A DNA stretch of 63,764 bases, filler included, from Gonapodya sp. JEL0774 (lineage: Eukaryota): NCBI GenBank assembly GCA_027604505.1. It is 3 parts of 3 records of this genome, joined end to end, with 100 filler letters (N's around TTAATTAATTAA, not from the genome) between each part and the next. Parts side by side here need not be neighbours in the genome. Positions count along the whole stretch, not along the records: positions 43,188 to 63,764 come from JADIIX010000248.1; 2 more parts are not named here. The stretch is one strand, 5' to 3'. The stretch's first letter is position 1. The number at the start of each line of letters is the position of its first letter. Positions 50,345-63,700 of the stretch are shown here, piece after piece. Under the pieces are notes generated by a model. That model was given only the letters and a program-made list of their open reading frames with translations, had not been told where the DNA came from and made no database searches. The translations under genes were made by a program, and so were the position numbers.

Positions 50345-52712
50345 ATGGATTCACCTACCGGCGCCCAAGGACTACGAGGGTGGGAGCTGACAAAGGACAG
50401 CGTCCAGTGCACGTTTAATCTCCGATCCTGGATCGGAGGTGGCGGCTTCGGCGATGTCTACCGTGGAACGTATTTGGGCGCCCCTGTCGCGGTAAAACTG
50501 CTTCGAGGGTCTGACGTATCGCTGAAGGAGGCAAGTTCTAAAGTGATGTTGAGCAAACTCTCGGAGTTGAGATTGGGTTGGCTTGTGTCAGGATTTTTTG
50601 CGGGAAGTACAAGGCTGGCTCGGTCTCCGATTCCCCAACGTCCTTCTCCTGTACGGCGCCTGTACAGATCCTCAAGCTATGTTCATGGTCTCACCTCTCA
50701 TGGAAAACGGGGATTTGTTGAACTACCTCCAAAATGTTCGTCCAGACGCTGACAGAGTACTGCTGGTGAGTTCTTCCCCCAAACCATTTGCGGCTGCCGC
50801 TGCCAATGTTCACAACCCCTGCGTTTGACCCTTGGCATAGCTGTGTGACGTGGCTCGTGGTATGGCCTACTTGGAGTCACGCGGAATCGTGCATGCTGAC
50901 CTGAAACCTGGAAATGTTCTTGTGGACAAGGACGGAAGAGCTGTCATCGCAGACTTTGGGCTTTCCAAGTTTGAGGCAACGTCTGTATCTGGCTCGCGTC
51001 CAGGGACTACCATGTACATGGATCCGGAGCGGCTGCGGCTCTTCATGCGAGACACCTCTCAAAGGACCAGGACGCCTGTCTCGACGATGGCAGGAGATAT
51101 TTACTCATTTGGCATTCTATGCTATGTGGTGATTTTGATTTTGATTTTGATACCTTTTAGCTCCTATTAATGGTGTCGTTGCAGGTTTGGACCAAGGACG
51201 GTCAGCCGTACGGACCGATTGAAAGCGTCCGAGACCTCATGACAGACATCGTGTATGAGGGCAAGCGGCCCAATGTATCTGACGCTCGCCTCCAAGACAT
51301 GCCCCCGGCTCTCAAGGGCCTGATGCAGAGATGTTGGGAGGGGAAATCTTCAGCGCGGCCGAAAACGTTCAAGGAGGTTCTTGAGGTTCTCGAAACTTTG
51401 CTGCACTCGAGCGCAAGTACGGTTGACACCAGACTCGAATCTTTGGAGCACCCCCCACGCTTGACCAACCTTCGCCCTCCTTCGACGGCAGGCACCGTAG
51501 CAGGCGCAGCGGCTGCTGGAGAAGGTGGGGCTTTTGGAGTACTTTTTGTTTTCTTCGAGTCTAGTACACATAACATCACGGTTAGAACTAGGTGTTGCAA
51601 CTGCAAACACATCGACCCAGGACCAGCATCGTGACGTTGTGACCAGTCGAGGTCCTCTCCGTTCGGATAAAGAAGCACCAACAGCCACGATACTGAACGC
51701 GTATCCCAGAGGTAGGCCGAAATATCAGATTTTACTTTTCAAATGAAGTTCCTTTGAACAACAGTAAAATACCGTTTCTTTGATAGCTCCCCCTCTTCGG
51801 CCCAACCAGTACACTGTCGGATGGATATGCGCCCTGCCCATTGAGCTGGCTGCTGCAACAGCACTCTTGGATGAGCAGCATCCGACACTTGAGCGGATTG
51901 CCGGTGATGGAAATATCTACACGTTCGGCCGGATGGGCGGGCACAATGTCATTCTCGCGTGTCTTCCGGCGGGCACACCGGGAGGCATCTCCGCCGCGAC
52001 TGTCGCAGCGCAGCTCATGAGGACGTTCACTTCCGTGGAGTTCGGTCTCATGGTGGGCATCGGAAGCGGCGTCCCCAGTGAGGACGCAGACATCCGACTG
52101 GGAGATGTCGTCGTTAGTATGCCCTTTGGAACGCACGGCGGTGTGGTTCAGTTTGACAGTGGCCAGTTGACTTCGAGTGGGTTCCATCGAACTGGACACC
52201 TCGACAGCCCGCCGCGGATGCTGCTCAACGCGGTCACTCACCTTCAGGCCAGTCAACTCGTGGGGAAAAATAACCTTACGGAACATATCGCCAAGCTGAC
52301 TCGCCTCCGAGCGTTCTCTCGCGCCGCGACGGGCAAGGATGTTCTGTTTGACACAACATGCAACCACGTGCCAGGTGTACCTACACAGCGATCGTGCACA
52401 CCATTGCCTCGACAACAGCGACCGGATGAAGAACCGTTTGTTCACTACGGTACGATCGCTTCAGGCAGCCGTGTCATGAGTGATGCTGTCCAACGAGATG
52501 CAGTGAGCAAGGAGCTTGGCGGGGTTCTCTGCTTCGAGACTGAGGCGGCGGGGTTGATGTCCAACTTCCCCTGCCTTGTGATTCGAGGTGTCTGCGACTA
52601 CGCAGACTCGCACAAGAATAACAAGTGGCAGGGGTACGCTGCGGCGACCGCAGCAGCTTGCGCCAAAGAGATTCTGTCTGTGATACAACCAGAAGCTCGC
52701 AGGATTAGCTGA
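50345..52712 (+). CDS. TKL-like protein kinase fused to a PNP_UDP (purine nucleoside phosphorylase/nucleosidase) domain
   Basis: Exons 50345..50530 (GC donor), 50592..50765, 50841..51128, 51185..51524, 51586..51711 and 51787..52712 are in frame. Kinase motifs GGGGFGDVY, HADLKPGN and DFG; PNP motifs YTVGWICAL, LMVGIGSG, DIRLGDVVVS, CFETEAAG and IRGVCDYADSHKN. Confidence 0.85.
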
Positions 52713-53039
52713 AGCTCGACCCTCGATCTTAAAACCTTGCAAATCGGTGCACTGGAAGATGGTCGTGGGGGAGAATTCCTGTCTTTTCAATTTATTTCTT
52801 TTGTTAAGTAAAGAGTATACAAAATTACATGTGTGAATGTACAAAAGAGCGATACATGGATGCATTGGCGAACTAAAACTCACGTTGAACGTGCCTCGTT
52901 GGGGTTGACCCCTGATGCAACCGAAGCCACAGAGTGGACACCTATTCCTCAAAAGGATCTCCAAGAAGGCCAATTTGGAGATTCCTCGATCGAAAACTGC
53001 AGCGAAATCTCTAACCCAACGTCAAAGAAACTGAATTGA

Positions 53040-56000
53040 ATGTCGGACAGGCGTGCCGGAGGTCAGGGGTGCCCCGAACACAATGTTTCTCCGGATCACA
53101 CTTGTCAACTTACCCTACACACCGCTGAACAGCTCCCGATGGCACCACGATGAGACGCCTGCGTTCCGACGAGTATACGGTCGGCTGGGTATGCGCTCTT
53201 CCGACCGACCTCGCAGCGGCGCGGGCAATGTTTGACGAGGAGTACCAACCACTAGACCGTGACACGATGGACACCAACATCTACTCTTTCGGTCGGATCG
53301 GTGTCCACAATGTTATCGTCGCTTGCCTTCCAGCTGGAAATCGCGGGACGAACTCTGCCGCAACGGTTGCGAACAACCTCGGCCGGACCTTCGATTCCCT
53401 GCAGTTCCGTCTCATGGTAGGCGTCGGAGGCGGTGTTCCCAGCTCGGACGCAGACATTCGGCTGGGGGATGTGGTCGTCAGTCAACCCTTGGAAACTCAC
53501 GGAGGCGTGGTGCAGTACGACATGGGGGAAACAACTCCTGAGGGGTTCCAGCGAAAGGGATTCCTCAACAGTCCACCGCTGTTGCTTCTCAATGCCGTCA
53601 ACAGACTACGTGCCAATCATCTTGCCGGAAACAATGACTTTGCACAACACCTTGAGAAGCTTCGTCGGCTTCCAGAATTCCGCCGCGAGGCTACTGGCCC
53701 AGACATCCTGTTCCATCCCACCTACAAGCACGAACGTGGCCGCCACATGTGCACATCCTGCAATCCAATCATGCAGGTGAAATCACGACCAGATCGGTTG
53801 GGTGGAGATCCCGTGGTTCACTACGGCTTGATTGCATCCGGGAATCAGGACATGAAGGACGGGGTCCAGCGGGACCGAGTCAGCAAAGAGCTCGGGGGAG
53901 TCCTGTGCTTTGAGATGGAAGCGGCAGATCTTATGAACCACTTTCCATGCCTCATCATCCGTGGTATCTCCGACTATGCGGACTCACACAAAAACACCTG
54001 CTGGCAAGGGTATTCAGCAGGCACAGCTGCAGCATGTGCCAAGGAACTCCTGTTGGTAATACCAAGGACTGATCCGGGAACTCGAGGTACGCGCCTTCCT
54101 CTGTTTTTGCTGTCGTGCTCCCGGTATCATCCTTATCTGTTGTAACTAAACTGATACCATCCTCGCGGTCATTCATGCAACAGCCTACATCCCTTTCCCA
54201 CGGAATCCCCGTTTTGTGGGCCGCACATCGCAGCTCCAACAGCTGGCGCAGAAGCTGCTGCACAACGAGGAATGCCGGGAGATTGCGCTCATCGGCCTCG
54301 GCGGGGTCGGGAAGACTCAGGGGGGTCGGGAAGACTCAGGTTGCTCTGGAGTTTGCTTACCAAGTTAAGCAAGAACATGCCGACAGGGACGCTCTGTGTT
54401 TTGGTTGCCTGCAGTCAGCATGGAAAGCTTCGAACAAGCATGCAGGGAAATTGCAAGAACCCTGGGCATACCTTCGGAAAAGGATGACGACATCAAGGTA
54501 GTGGTCAAGCAGCATCTGAGTACGAAGAAAGCCGGTGTCTGGCTCATCATCCTCGACAACGCCGACGACATCGGGCTTCTGACTGGTTCCAAGGGATCTC
54601 GGGGTATTGTACACTACCTTCCGGAGAGCGAGGATGGGCTCTTCGTGTATACAACCCGCACTAGAGATGTTCCCTTGTCACTTGGAGTGGCCGATGTTAT
54701 TGACGTGGACGCCATGGACAAACAGGAAGCAAAAGACCTACTTCAAAAGTCCCTCATGCGCAAGGAGCTGCTCAATGACAATGCAAGCGTGGATAAATTC
54801 CTGGAAGAACTTACATATCTTCCATTGGCACTCTCTCAGGCAGCAGCATATCTCAACAAGACCAAGAACATCTCTATTGCAGATTACCTTGGCATGCTGC
54901 AAAGCACACAGGTGGCCGACGTGCTGAGCAGGGAATTCGTCAACATCCAGCGTTACTCCGGATCGAGCAATTCTGTGGCAACAACGTGGCTGGTTTCATT
55001 CAACCAGATCCGCACAAACGATCCACTAGCAGGGGCCCTTCTGGCATTTATGTCGTGTATCGAGTCTAAGGCGATTCCTCGATCTATCTTGCCTGCGTTG
55101 GAGTCAAGATTCAAAATGGAAGATGCTATTGGCACCCTTACTGACTACGCCTTTGTGTCGCCTCGGAAGGACCAGGACATGTATGACCTCCACCGGTTGG
55201 TGCATCGTGCGGCTGGAGACTGGCTCCGCATACAGGGCCTCACGGCAGAAAGGACAAGAGAAGCGATCCAGCATATCGCGAGAATTTTTCGCACAGACGA
55301 TTGGGACCAGAGGAATGTGTGGAGGGCGTACCTCCCGCACGCCATGAAAGTGCTGGGAAGCAGCGAAGGCAAGGAATTGGCGGAGCGATACGACCTTTGC
55401 CTGTGGATCGGGCGATGCTTGCAGAAGGACGGCAGGGTGCCAGAAGCCCTGATGTGGCTTCAGAAATGCAACATCGGAAGACGGGACGAGCTGAAACTGG
55501 AGGAGGACCACCCGGACCGTCTCACCTCGCAGGCTGTACTCGCTTCCGTGTACCAGGACAATGGGCAGGTGGGCAAGGCCGTCAAGCTGCTGGAGCACGT
55601 CGTCGCCGTCCGTGACCGGGTTTTGGTCGAGGACCACCCGGACCGTCTCGCCTCCCAGAACAACCTCGCTTGGGCGTACCAGGCCAACGGGCAGGTGGGC
55701 AAGGCCGTCACGCTGCTGGAGTACGTGGTCGCTGTGTTATCCACAACATTGGCCGAGGACCACCCGTCCCGTCTCGCCTCCCAGAACAACCTCGCTTCCG
55801 CGTACCAGACCAACGGGCAGGTGGGCAAGGCCGTCTCGCTGCTGGAGCACGTTGTTGCCGTCCGTGAGCGGGTTTTGGCCGAGGACCACCCGTCCCGTCT
55901 CATCTCGCAGCTCACCCTCGCTCAGGCATACCAGGCCAACGGGCAGGTGGGCAAGGCCATCACGCTGCTGGAACACGTCGTCGCCGTCGAATCCACAACA

Positions 56001-56903
56001 TTGGTCAAGGACCACCCGGACCGTCTCACCTCGCAGGCCAACCTCGGTTCTGCGTACCAGGCCAACGGGCAGGTGGGCAAGGCCGTCACTCTTCTGGAGC
56101 ACGTCGTTGCCATCCATAAGCGGACGCTGGCAGAGGACCACGAATCTCGACTGGCTTGCGAGGCGGCCCTCGCCAGGGCGTACCAGGCCAACGGGCAGGT
56201 GGGCGAGGCTGTGGCAGTGCTGGAGCACGTCGTCGCCGTCCATAAGCGGACGCTGGGAGAGGACCACCCGTCCCGTCTCGGCTCGCAGGTCAACCTCGCA
56301 TCTGCGTACGAGGCCAACGGGCAGGTGGGCAAGGCCGTCACCCTGCTGGAGTACGTCGTCGCCGTCCGTGAGCGGATTTTGGCCGAGGACCACCCGTCCC
56401 GTCTCGCCTCCCAGAACAACCTCGCATCTGCGTACCAGGCCAACGGGCAGGTGGGCAAGGCCGTCACGCTGCTGGAGCACGTCGTCGCCGTCGAATCCAC
56501 AACATTGGCCGAGGACCACCCGGACCGCCTCGCCTCGCAGCACAACCTCGCTTTGGCGTACCAGGCCAACGGGCAGGTGGGCAAGGCCGTCACGCTGCTG
56601 GAGCACGTTGTCGCCGTTCGTGAGCAGGTTTTGGCCAAGGACCACCCGGACCGTCTCATCTCGCAGGCCAGCCTCGCATACGTCAAACAGGCCATGGCGG
56701 GGGCTGCTCTCTCGGCAGAAGCGGGTGAGGTCAGTGGTGGTGAGGATGCACGCCATGTGAGTGTGAGGTCCATAGTGGGTGGTAGTGGAAGCCAAGTGGC
56801 GTCGGGGCCCCCACTTGGTGGCGGACCATCACCACATGGGAAGAAGAGCAAGAGGAGTGACGGTGTGTTCCAGAGAATGTGGAACAAAGTCATTGGGAAA
56901 TAG
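53040..56903 (+). pseudogene. PNP_UDP-NB-ARC-TPR NLR, reading frame disrupted just after Walker A
   Basis: PNP domain 53150..54086, intron 54087..54183, then YIPFPRNPRFVGR..GLGGVGKTQ. A 19-nt duplication at 54321..54339 brings TAA 54366-54368 into frame, and there is an apparent 1-nt loss near 54389. An intact NB-ARC remainder and TPR array run to 56903. The start at 53040 via intron 53062..53132 is tentative. Confidence 0.8.
55500..56693 (+). repeat. 126-bp / 42-aa highly conserved TPR repeats (9 full and 1 partial)
   Basis: EDHPxRLxSQxxLAxAYQANGQVGKAVTLLEHVVAVxxxxL repeated with near-identical DNA. Confidence 0.95.
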
Positions 56904-57035
56904 CATGGTGTTATTTTGTGACATTTCTTTTATTGAGGTATAACGTTTTCTTCTTGCTGATGTTATTATAATATGTGTTACATAATATTATAGATTATAT
57001 AACGCACACGAACATACGTATTATTAGTCTTTCAA

Positions 57036-57039
<4 letters not shown>

Positions 57040-57075
<36 letters not shown>
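57040..57075. repeat. (CT)n microsatellite
   Basis: Perfect tctctc run. Confidence 0.95.
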
Positions 57076-57076
<1 letters not shown>

Positions 57077-57179
57077 GTGTGAGAATTCTAATGGAGCGTG
57101 CTGGTTTTTGACCACACATGTATATTCGTGCTCGCAAGCTGAATACATAACAATTAAGATCTACTATTCAACCATTACA

Positions 57180-57760
57180 CCAGCAGGTACTGCCGCCAAT
57201 TCAAACAGGGACTACTGGGGGGATGACAACGAGGAAATGTTGGGAGAGGAGGACAGGTATCAGGAGTGTGAACGCACTGCCTACTGGATAGAGTACTGGA
57301 AGGGGCGGGACAAACCTCCCGGGACTGCAGCGGATGGCGCGGGACTATTTGGGGATCCCCAGCACCAGCGCTGTTTTCCGAGCGTATGTTCTCGGATGCC
57401 AGGAATGTGATTGGGGACAACAGGGCAGCTCTGGGTCCGGCGATGATAAGGAACCTCATGTTGTTGAAGAGGTGGAAGAAGCAATGGCACGATATAGCAT
57501 GTATGAAGATATAACAATTATAGAATATGAGACTATTGGAACTAAATTTGGTTGGTGGTACGTAGGTCTCCGCAAATTTCAATCGGGAGTCATGCTAAGA
57601 CGATACAAGATTAGTGGCACTAGTCAACTCGCGAGTAATGACTCGCAAGTTACTAAAAATTTGAGCGAGCGAGTTGCGATATAGGTTAAATCCGGATGTC
57701 AGCGAGCAAGTCACAAGTTAGTCCCAAATAAGCGAGTTACTCGCTTGCTCAGGGCTTTAA
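57180..57760 (+). mobile_element. hAT DNA transposon remnant (C-terminal dimerisation domain and probable right end)
   Basis: LQRMARDYLGIPSTSAV [frameshift] SERMFSDARNVIGDNRAAL..IRNLMLLK matches the hAT dimerisation motif. Downstream gcgag/ctcgc-rich subterminal-like repeats lie at 57620-57756. Confidence 0.7.
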
Positions 57761-60700
57761 ATTTATAAAATAAGTGTGCACGTCACTTTAAGGATGAAGA
57801 CAATTCACTATGAAAACCGGACCAAGAGTGTAGATTGGGACAATAAATCCACGCGATGGCCTCCCCCAAAACAAGGTTCGCTCACCTCAGGTGGACAAGA
57901 CTGATCCTCCGAGCATTTCACGCATCAATGGACTCTGTGTTGTTTTGTAGAATAAGTGTTGCCAAGGTGGGTCCCCGCGAGGTGAGTAGCAGAGCGCCGT
58001 CCGATGTGATGTTGAATCTCTGGCAACGCGAACAACACGAAATGCCCTACTCACCATTCGCCGTCCCTCCCTGCGGTTCCTTCCTCCAATCATATCCACT
58101 CCACTCCGGCCGAAAGAAAACTCCAACTTCCTTCTTTGCGAGATCCAAGTCCGCGGCTCGCAGATCGGCGGCTTCGGAGAGAGCATCCAGCTCGTCTCTG
58201 GTCATTCTGGTGAGGTGGAGCTTTCTTGCGCGAACGAAATTGGCAGGTTGAGCCATTGGGCCGTTGCCGCGAGAATTCACATTCATTCCGATTGAGTGCA
58301 GGTATCGTTGAAATTCCGAGGGGCTTGGAGACCTATTGAACTTCTTGAGAACCATGATGTTAAAGATTTCTGATTATCTCAGTTGCTGATGTTCTCGCTC
58401 GTCCCGTTCTCGACGGATCTCCTCCGTCCCCACAACCGGAGATCCAATGTCGCTCGCGGAATAGCTACTATACGATATAACAGTCGGATCCACAGCACTC
58501 CAGATTGCCCCATACGGCACAATCAGCCCTGTACAGAGGCTAGCAAGTCGAAGATGAGAGTGGCTGTCCTTGGCTCTCTTTCCAATCGTAACATTCTGCA
58601 TCACTGCCTGAAGTGCGGTGAAGAAACTATGCAAAGTGTTCTTGTAGCCTAGTTGAAAAAGCGGTCCAAAAGAGCTCTCTGGTTGAGTGACCGCGATTAA
58701 ACGTCTTGTCTGCAGCCCGAAGACGCTCCTTTACTGCGAAGAAGACGCAAGCGTCGCGAGCGAGATCGACAATCCAGCCTGTAAGATGCGATCCCAGTCA
58801 TGTATCCCGCGTTTCCATCCTCGTCTAGAGTAGTCATTGCTCCCCTCTTGCCTCTTTTCATTGCCGGTGACGCGTCGTGGTTCCCACTCACGCGAGGTTA
58901 AGAGCTCGTTCCAATCCATCGCAATCCTTCTTGCCGAGACCAGGTGGCCGTCCCCCGCTCTTGAGGTCTTGAAAGAACGTTTGGCGCAAACCGTAGCCAC
59001 GCTGTTTCAGGTCGCGACGAATGGGCGAATGATTTCTAGCTACAGAGCAGCCCGTTTGTCGTGAGGGAAACGAGATGGTGAGATCAGTATCTTTGTTGGA
59101 GCAACGCAGAAACGTGTATAAATGCTCACTTGCGCGTCAATTGAGATACTCTGGCCCTTTGATTCATCCTTGGACTTCCGGAGGTGGGCAACAAAGATGG
59201 GAAGACCGGGTAGGGGAGCTGCGGATGATGATACCATCCGAGTCGAAAGCTGAGTACGCGATAGGAAGGATTGAAACCAAAAAATAAGAAGTCCATCACC
59301 GATGCAGATGTGCGAGGAAAGTGGGACAACTTACTACATAGTTTGGTTGTGCAATTGACAGGTTCCGGATGGACACGAAGGAACGACGCGATTCCCCGGT
59401 AAAAAACAACAGACGCCACCTGCGGGAGAGGAAACAGCTCTTTTCTTAGGGTGAGAGCAGAAACCTGGCGCGGGACGCGATGAGATTGACAGGGTAAAGC
59501 ATTGTTGGTCTGAGCGCGAGGGAAAGGGTAGTGGGGCGCGCGGTTTCAGGTCCAATCGAAAAGACAATAGGCGGTCGTAGGAGCAAAGTAGAGACGAGAA
59601 GTGCGCGAGAAGAGGGTGCGTTTTGTCAATATGATGTCATTCGAGGTTGATCCACTGGGTGGTTTGGAGAGTGGTCATAGTTGCTGTGGCCTGTGCCACC
59701 TTAGGTCAGCGTCGGCCGGTTCTTACCCTTGAATATTCCATCCTCACTCTTATCTGCTGAAGCCTACAACACACCACTGTCAGTGAATGAACTGGGACTG
59801 TGGTCACTGGTACTCACTTATCCTTCTCGGCATCCAGTCGCTGACCAGTGCAGCCCCCACCATTCCTACTACTTACCTGCTCACATTGTTGCCAATGAAT
59901 TTGGCACCTGCGGCTGCATGACGCCAGTCCTCAATGATCCGACTGCCTTACTGCTGGACTTCGGGTACCCCGTGCGTGCACACTAAATTCATTATAAATT
60001 ACTGATTGATTATGCTGTGGGAAAAGGGAAGACGTTGGTGCCGATGAACAGAAGAGATAAGTTTCAATGACTGCCGAAACTGAAAGAATGAAGAATCGCG
60101 GATGTTGGAAGAATCAAGAACGGCTTTAAATAAGGGATGATGAAGAGAGTGTGAATAGACAGCGCGAAAGACCGAAATGCAGGTCCTAAACTTCATGACA
60201 CAAGAGCAAAAACCCCGAGCAGCAATCATGTTTTGTTTGCCTTTGATCCCTTGATTTATTCCCTGATTTCAATGAAGACAGCAAAGAAGAAGGCCACCCC
60301 TTGTGACCAGTTCACAGTCACTCCACTTGGCCACACTGATGGCAGTCAGTCCAGATGAACTGGACCAGCAACGAAAACAATAAATATACGAACCAGAATA
60401 GATAGGAACATATATCCAGATAGATTCAGCACCCTCGTGTTCCAACGGCCATCCTCTGATTGAGCAACCAGCATGCCTTACTCATCCACCATCGGAGGCC
60501 ACCAGCGTACACTAATAAATATTAATGTAGCACCAGGGCATTGACCGACTATATGAAGAAGAGTCCTGCTAGCCTCATCAAGTGGATGCTTTTCAGCTGC
60601 TGGCCAGTGTTGGGTGTCAGCTGACGGCACATCACCTTCTCCTGGATGACGTGCTCTCAAAGGACATTGCCCACTCTTCAAGCCACCGAAAGCTATCGAA

Positions 60701-63700
60701 ACTCATCCCTCGTGTGAATGAGCGTTCGAACACCGGAAAGCTCAACTCCACCCAATCCCAAAGGATAGAGTGATATGCTCTCAAAGGACAATACCCCATC
60801 ACAAAAGATGGTGTGATATGTTCTGAAGTGACAATGCCCACTCTTAAAGCAAGGCAAAGCATGCTGTTGGGACTCATTCATCAGTCCCGCTAGCCGAGCG
60901 CATCTGCCTCCCCACGCCGACGCAGCCGTAACAACGGAAGAAGCCGGACTATCGACCGGACTCGGGTCTCTCTAGATGGCGAGACTTGCCCGCGACGATC
61001 AGCACAGCTCAGTGAGAATCCAGATGGTGATGTACCGGCGGCACGGACGAGGTGTGTTGCTGCCCGTTGGGGAGGGTCGTGGGAGTGAGGGAGGGAGGGA
61101 GAGAAGAGAGAACGGGTGGGGTTCGGCTCGCGCGGACGTGATGTGGGATGCGCTTCGGTGGGCAAACACATCACTGGACGATGAATGACACGACTTCGGG
61201 CCCAAACGGCTGCGGGGAACTCACCAGCCGCCCCACCCTCCACCTCCTCCACCTTGACATCATCCGGTCCAGAAGACCAAGCCCTCCACAGTCCTTGTTC
61301 GGTTCAGACTCGGCCACGATCCCCAAGAGCGAAGAACCCAGCGAAGGGAATGGAAGCGCGGTGAGCGCACCATGATACGGGGAGCGGTGTCGTTCGGTGG
61401 ACCGGATGTTCGACATCGTCCGTGTCAGGATAAGTAAGAGGAGAATCTAAAAACATAACGGGGCAAAGAAAGCAACGCGGGAAAATGAGTACTTCCAAAA
61501 TCAGGTGTCAGCACAACAAGAACAGTCGCACATACCGTCGTCCTACGAACCCCTCCTTGTCCCTGACCACACCACGACGGAGTACCCACATACCCATTCC
61601 CCGTTCCGTTGGCTTTGCTCCCATCCGTCCTGTCCTCCTCCATCATGTTCGCACTCCCGTTACTCCCGGCTACCCTCTTCTTGCTCTGCTTCCTCCCGTC
61701 AACTTCGCAAACATCCACTGAAGGAAGTTATGTTTTGGGAGTAAAATGGGCGCGGTGGGAGGTGGAGGCGGCTGTGGGTGGCACAGGGGTCGCTGATCGT
61801 GCTGCTGCTCTAGACCCCCTAGACCCTTTCATCCCAGTCCGTCCCGTGTCCACACCGACATCCCCCTCCGCACTCCTCTCCCTATCACTAACGCTCGGAC
61901 TCGACGCATCTTAGCCTCCCAAATCTCCCCTGCTCCCTCCATCTCACCACCGGCCATCTCCCCTATGACCCCCTCCCATCCCGCCCAGCCCCGAACCCCA
62001 TCACCATCGCCACCGATATGCGGTTGAAAGTGGACAGAGGCAGTACCACAGTCCCCGTCTCGCACGGACCATGCTGTACCTCTTGGCGCGGTTCTGCGGG
62101 AATCGTCACCGGCTCGGGGTCCGTCTCCGTCGCCCCAGGGCTGGTTGGCGCAGTGGACGTGGACGTACGCGATGGAGAGAGCGACCGGTGTTTGAACAGC
62201 CCCGAAGCGCGGGACGGGGATCGGGAGGGCGGTTTGGCTGCCCTCTGGCCGTGACGAGGTGTGAATGACAGAGCGCCAGGAGTACCGGCACCCAATGTCG
62301 TGCTGGATCGCGAGAGACAACTGGCCCGTTGGGTCGGGTTTCCAGCCGCCGCACCGGTTCCACCTCCTCCACCAGCTCCTAGCCGGAACAACGACGCTGC
62401 CGTGCAAACCATCCCCCTCTTCCCTCCCTCCACCTCCACCACCTGAGTACATCATCTCCCTCACCCCGCTCTCAACGAGCATTGACGCCGCATACACCGC
62501 GCGATCCACTGCAAGCGCCTGGGAAAAGGAGTCACCGGTGTTCTAGGTGTCGGAGTAGGAGTCGACGCCACCGAGGCACGCATTTCGTTGGACCGATGCC
62601 CATTCGAGTTTGTTGAGCAGGGGTGCGAAGATGGTGGTGTTCAGGCGTTCAGGCGTCGGTGCCGCTGTGAGATCGTCCATTGGAGTGGTGGCCGACTCCG
62701 TATAACTGCCTGCCACGGGGTCATCAGCGTCAACGCCACCTGTTTCAAGCTACTGTGCTGCTGCTGCGGCGCCGGTCCTCCTCCGTCGACGACGACACGA
62801 TCGACACCAGCCGCCCCATCATGCTCCCCGCCTTCGCCGCCTCACAACGATGACCACGTGGGCCGCCACGGGGAACCCCACGCCCGCGATCGTCTCTGTG
62901 TACAACGTTCCTGACGACGATCCGGTGGACACGGCCGAGAACGCTGAGGCCGTGGTGGCGAGCGAGGTGAGCGAGAGGGACGAGAGGAGGGAGGCCGATG
63001 GGAAGCGGGTCGAGGTGGTGTCTTGGGTTGGGGACGCCATCATTTGAGGATGAGGAATTGGTTGGGTGAGTCGTACGCACCCACCAACAACCCTATACAA
63101 CTCTCCAACTTACGCGTGGTCGTCCAACTCCGTGCCTCATCCACCCAATTTCGTGCTCCCCCTTCCCTCCTCCCCCCTTCGGCGGGGGATGCAAGGGGTT
63201 GGGGTGGTTTGGGTGCTTGGTGTGGACGGGACGTTGAAGGAAGAGGAGGTGGTAGTTACGGAGGAGACGACGGTGGCGACGATGGATGTGGAGGGTGACA
63301 AGGCGCAGGGGTCGGGAGAGGTGGTCGAATTTCATGTACCAGAAGAAGGATGAAAGTCCGAGTGTGAGCGACCAAATGGATTTCAGGGGTTTCAGGGGTG
63401 GAAAGGGGTGAATTGGGAGAGAAACGTGTGGGAGGAGAGAGTCCTTGTGGCCTGTGCACAGAGGGTGATGATTGTTATGGCCTCAGCACACACACGCCCC
63501 ATCAATCCCATCAATCTCTCATCACCTCTCATCATTGATTCCGTTCTCACCCAACGGCATCCGCACTGGCACAGCCATAGATCGCCGCTTAAAAGAAAAA
63601 TCGTTTCTCCACTGCCGCCTGCCGTTCCAATCCCCCATTCCGCCCACTTGCCCCCACCATTGGTGAGCAAATGGGTGTCGCTGTCTCAAGCGCCACATCT

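Noticed and set aside
55460..56893. Long alternative-frame and antisense ORFs over the TPR array (and 45373..46302 over the Sel1 array)
   Set aside because: Shadow ORFs caused by GC-rich repeated codons, with no independent domain signal.
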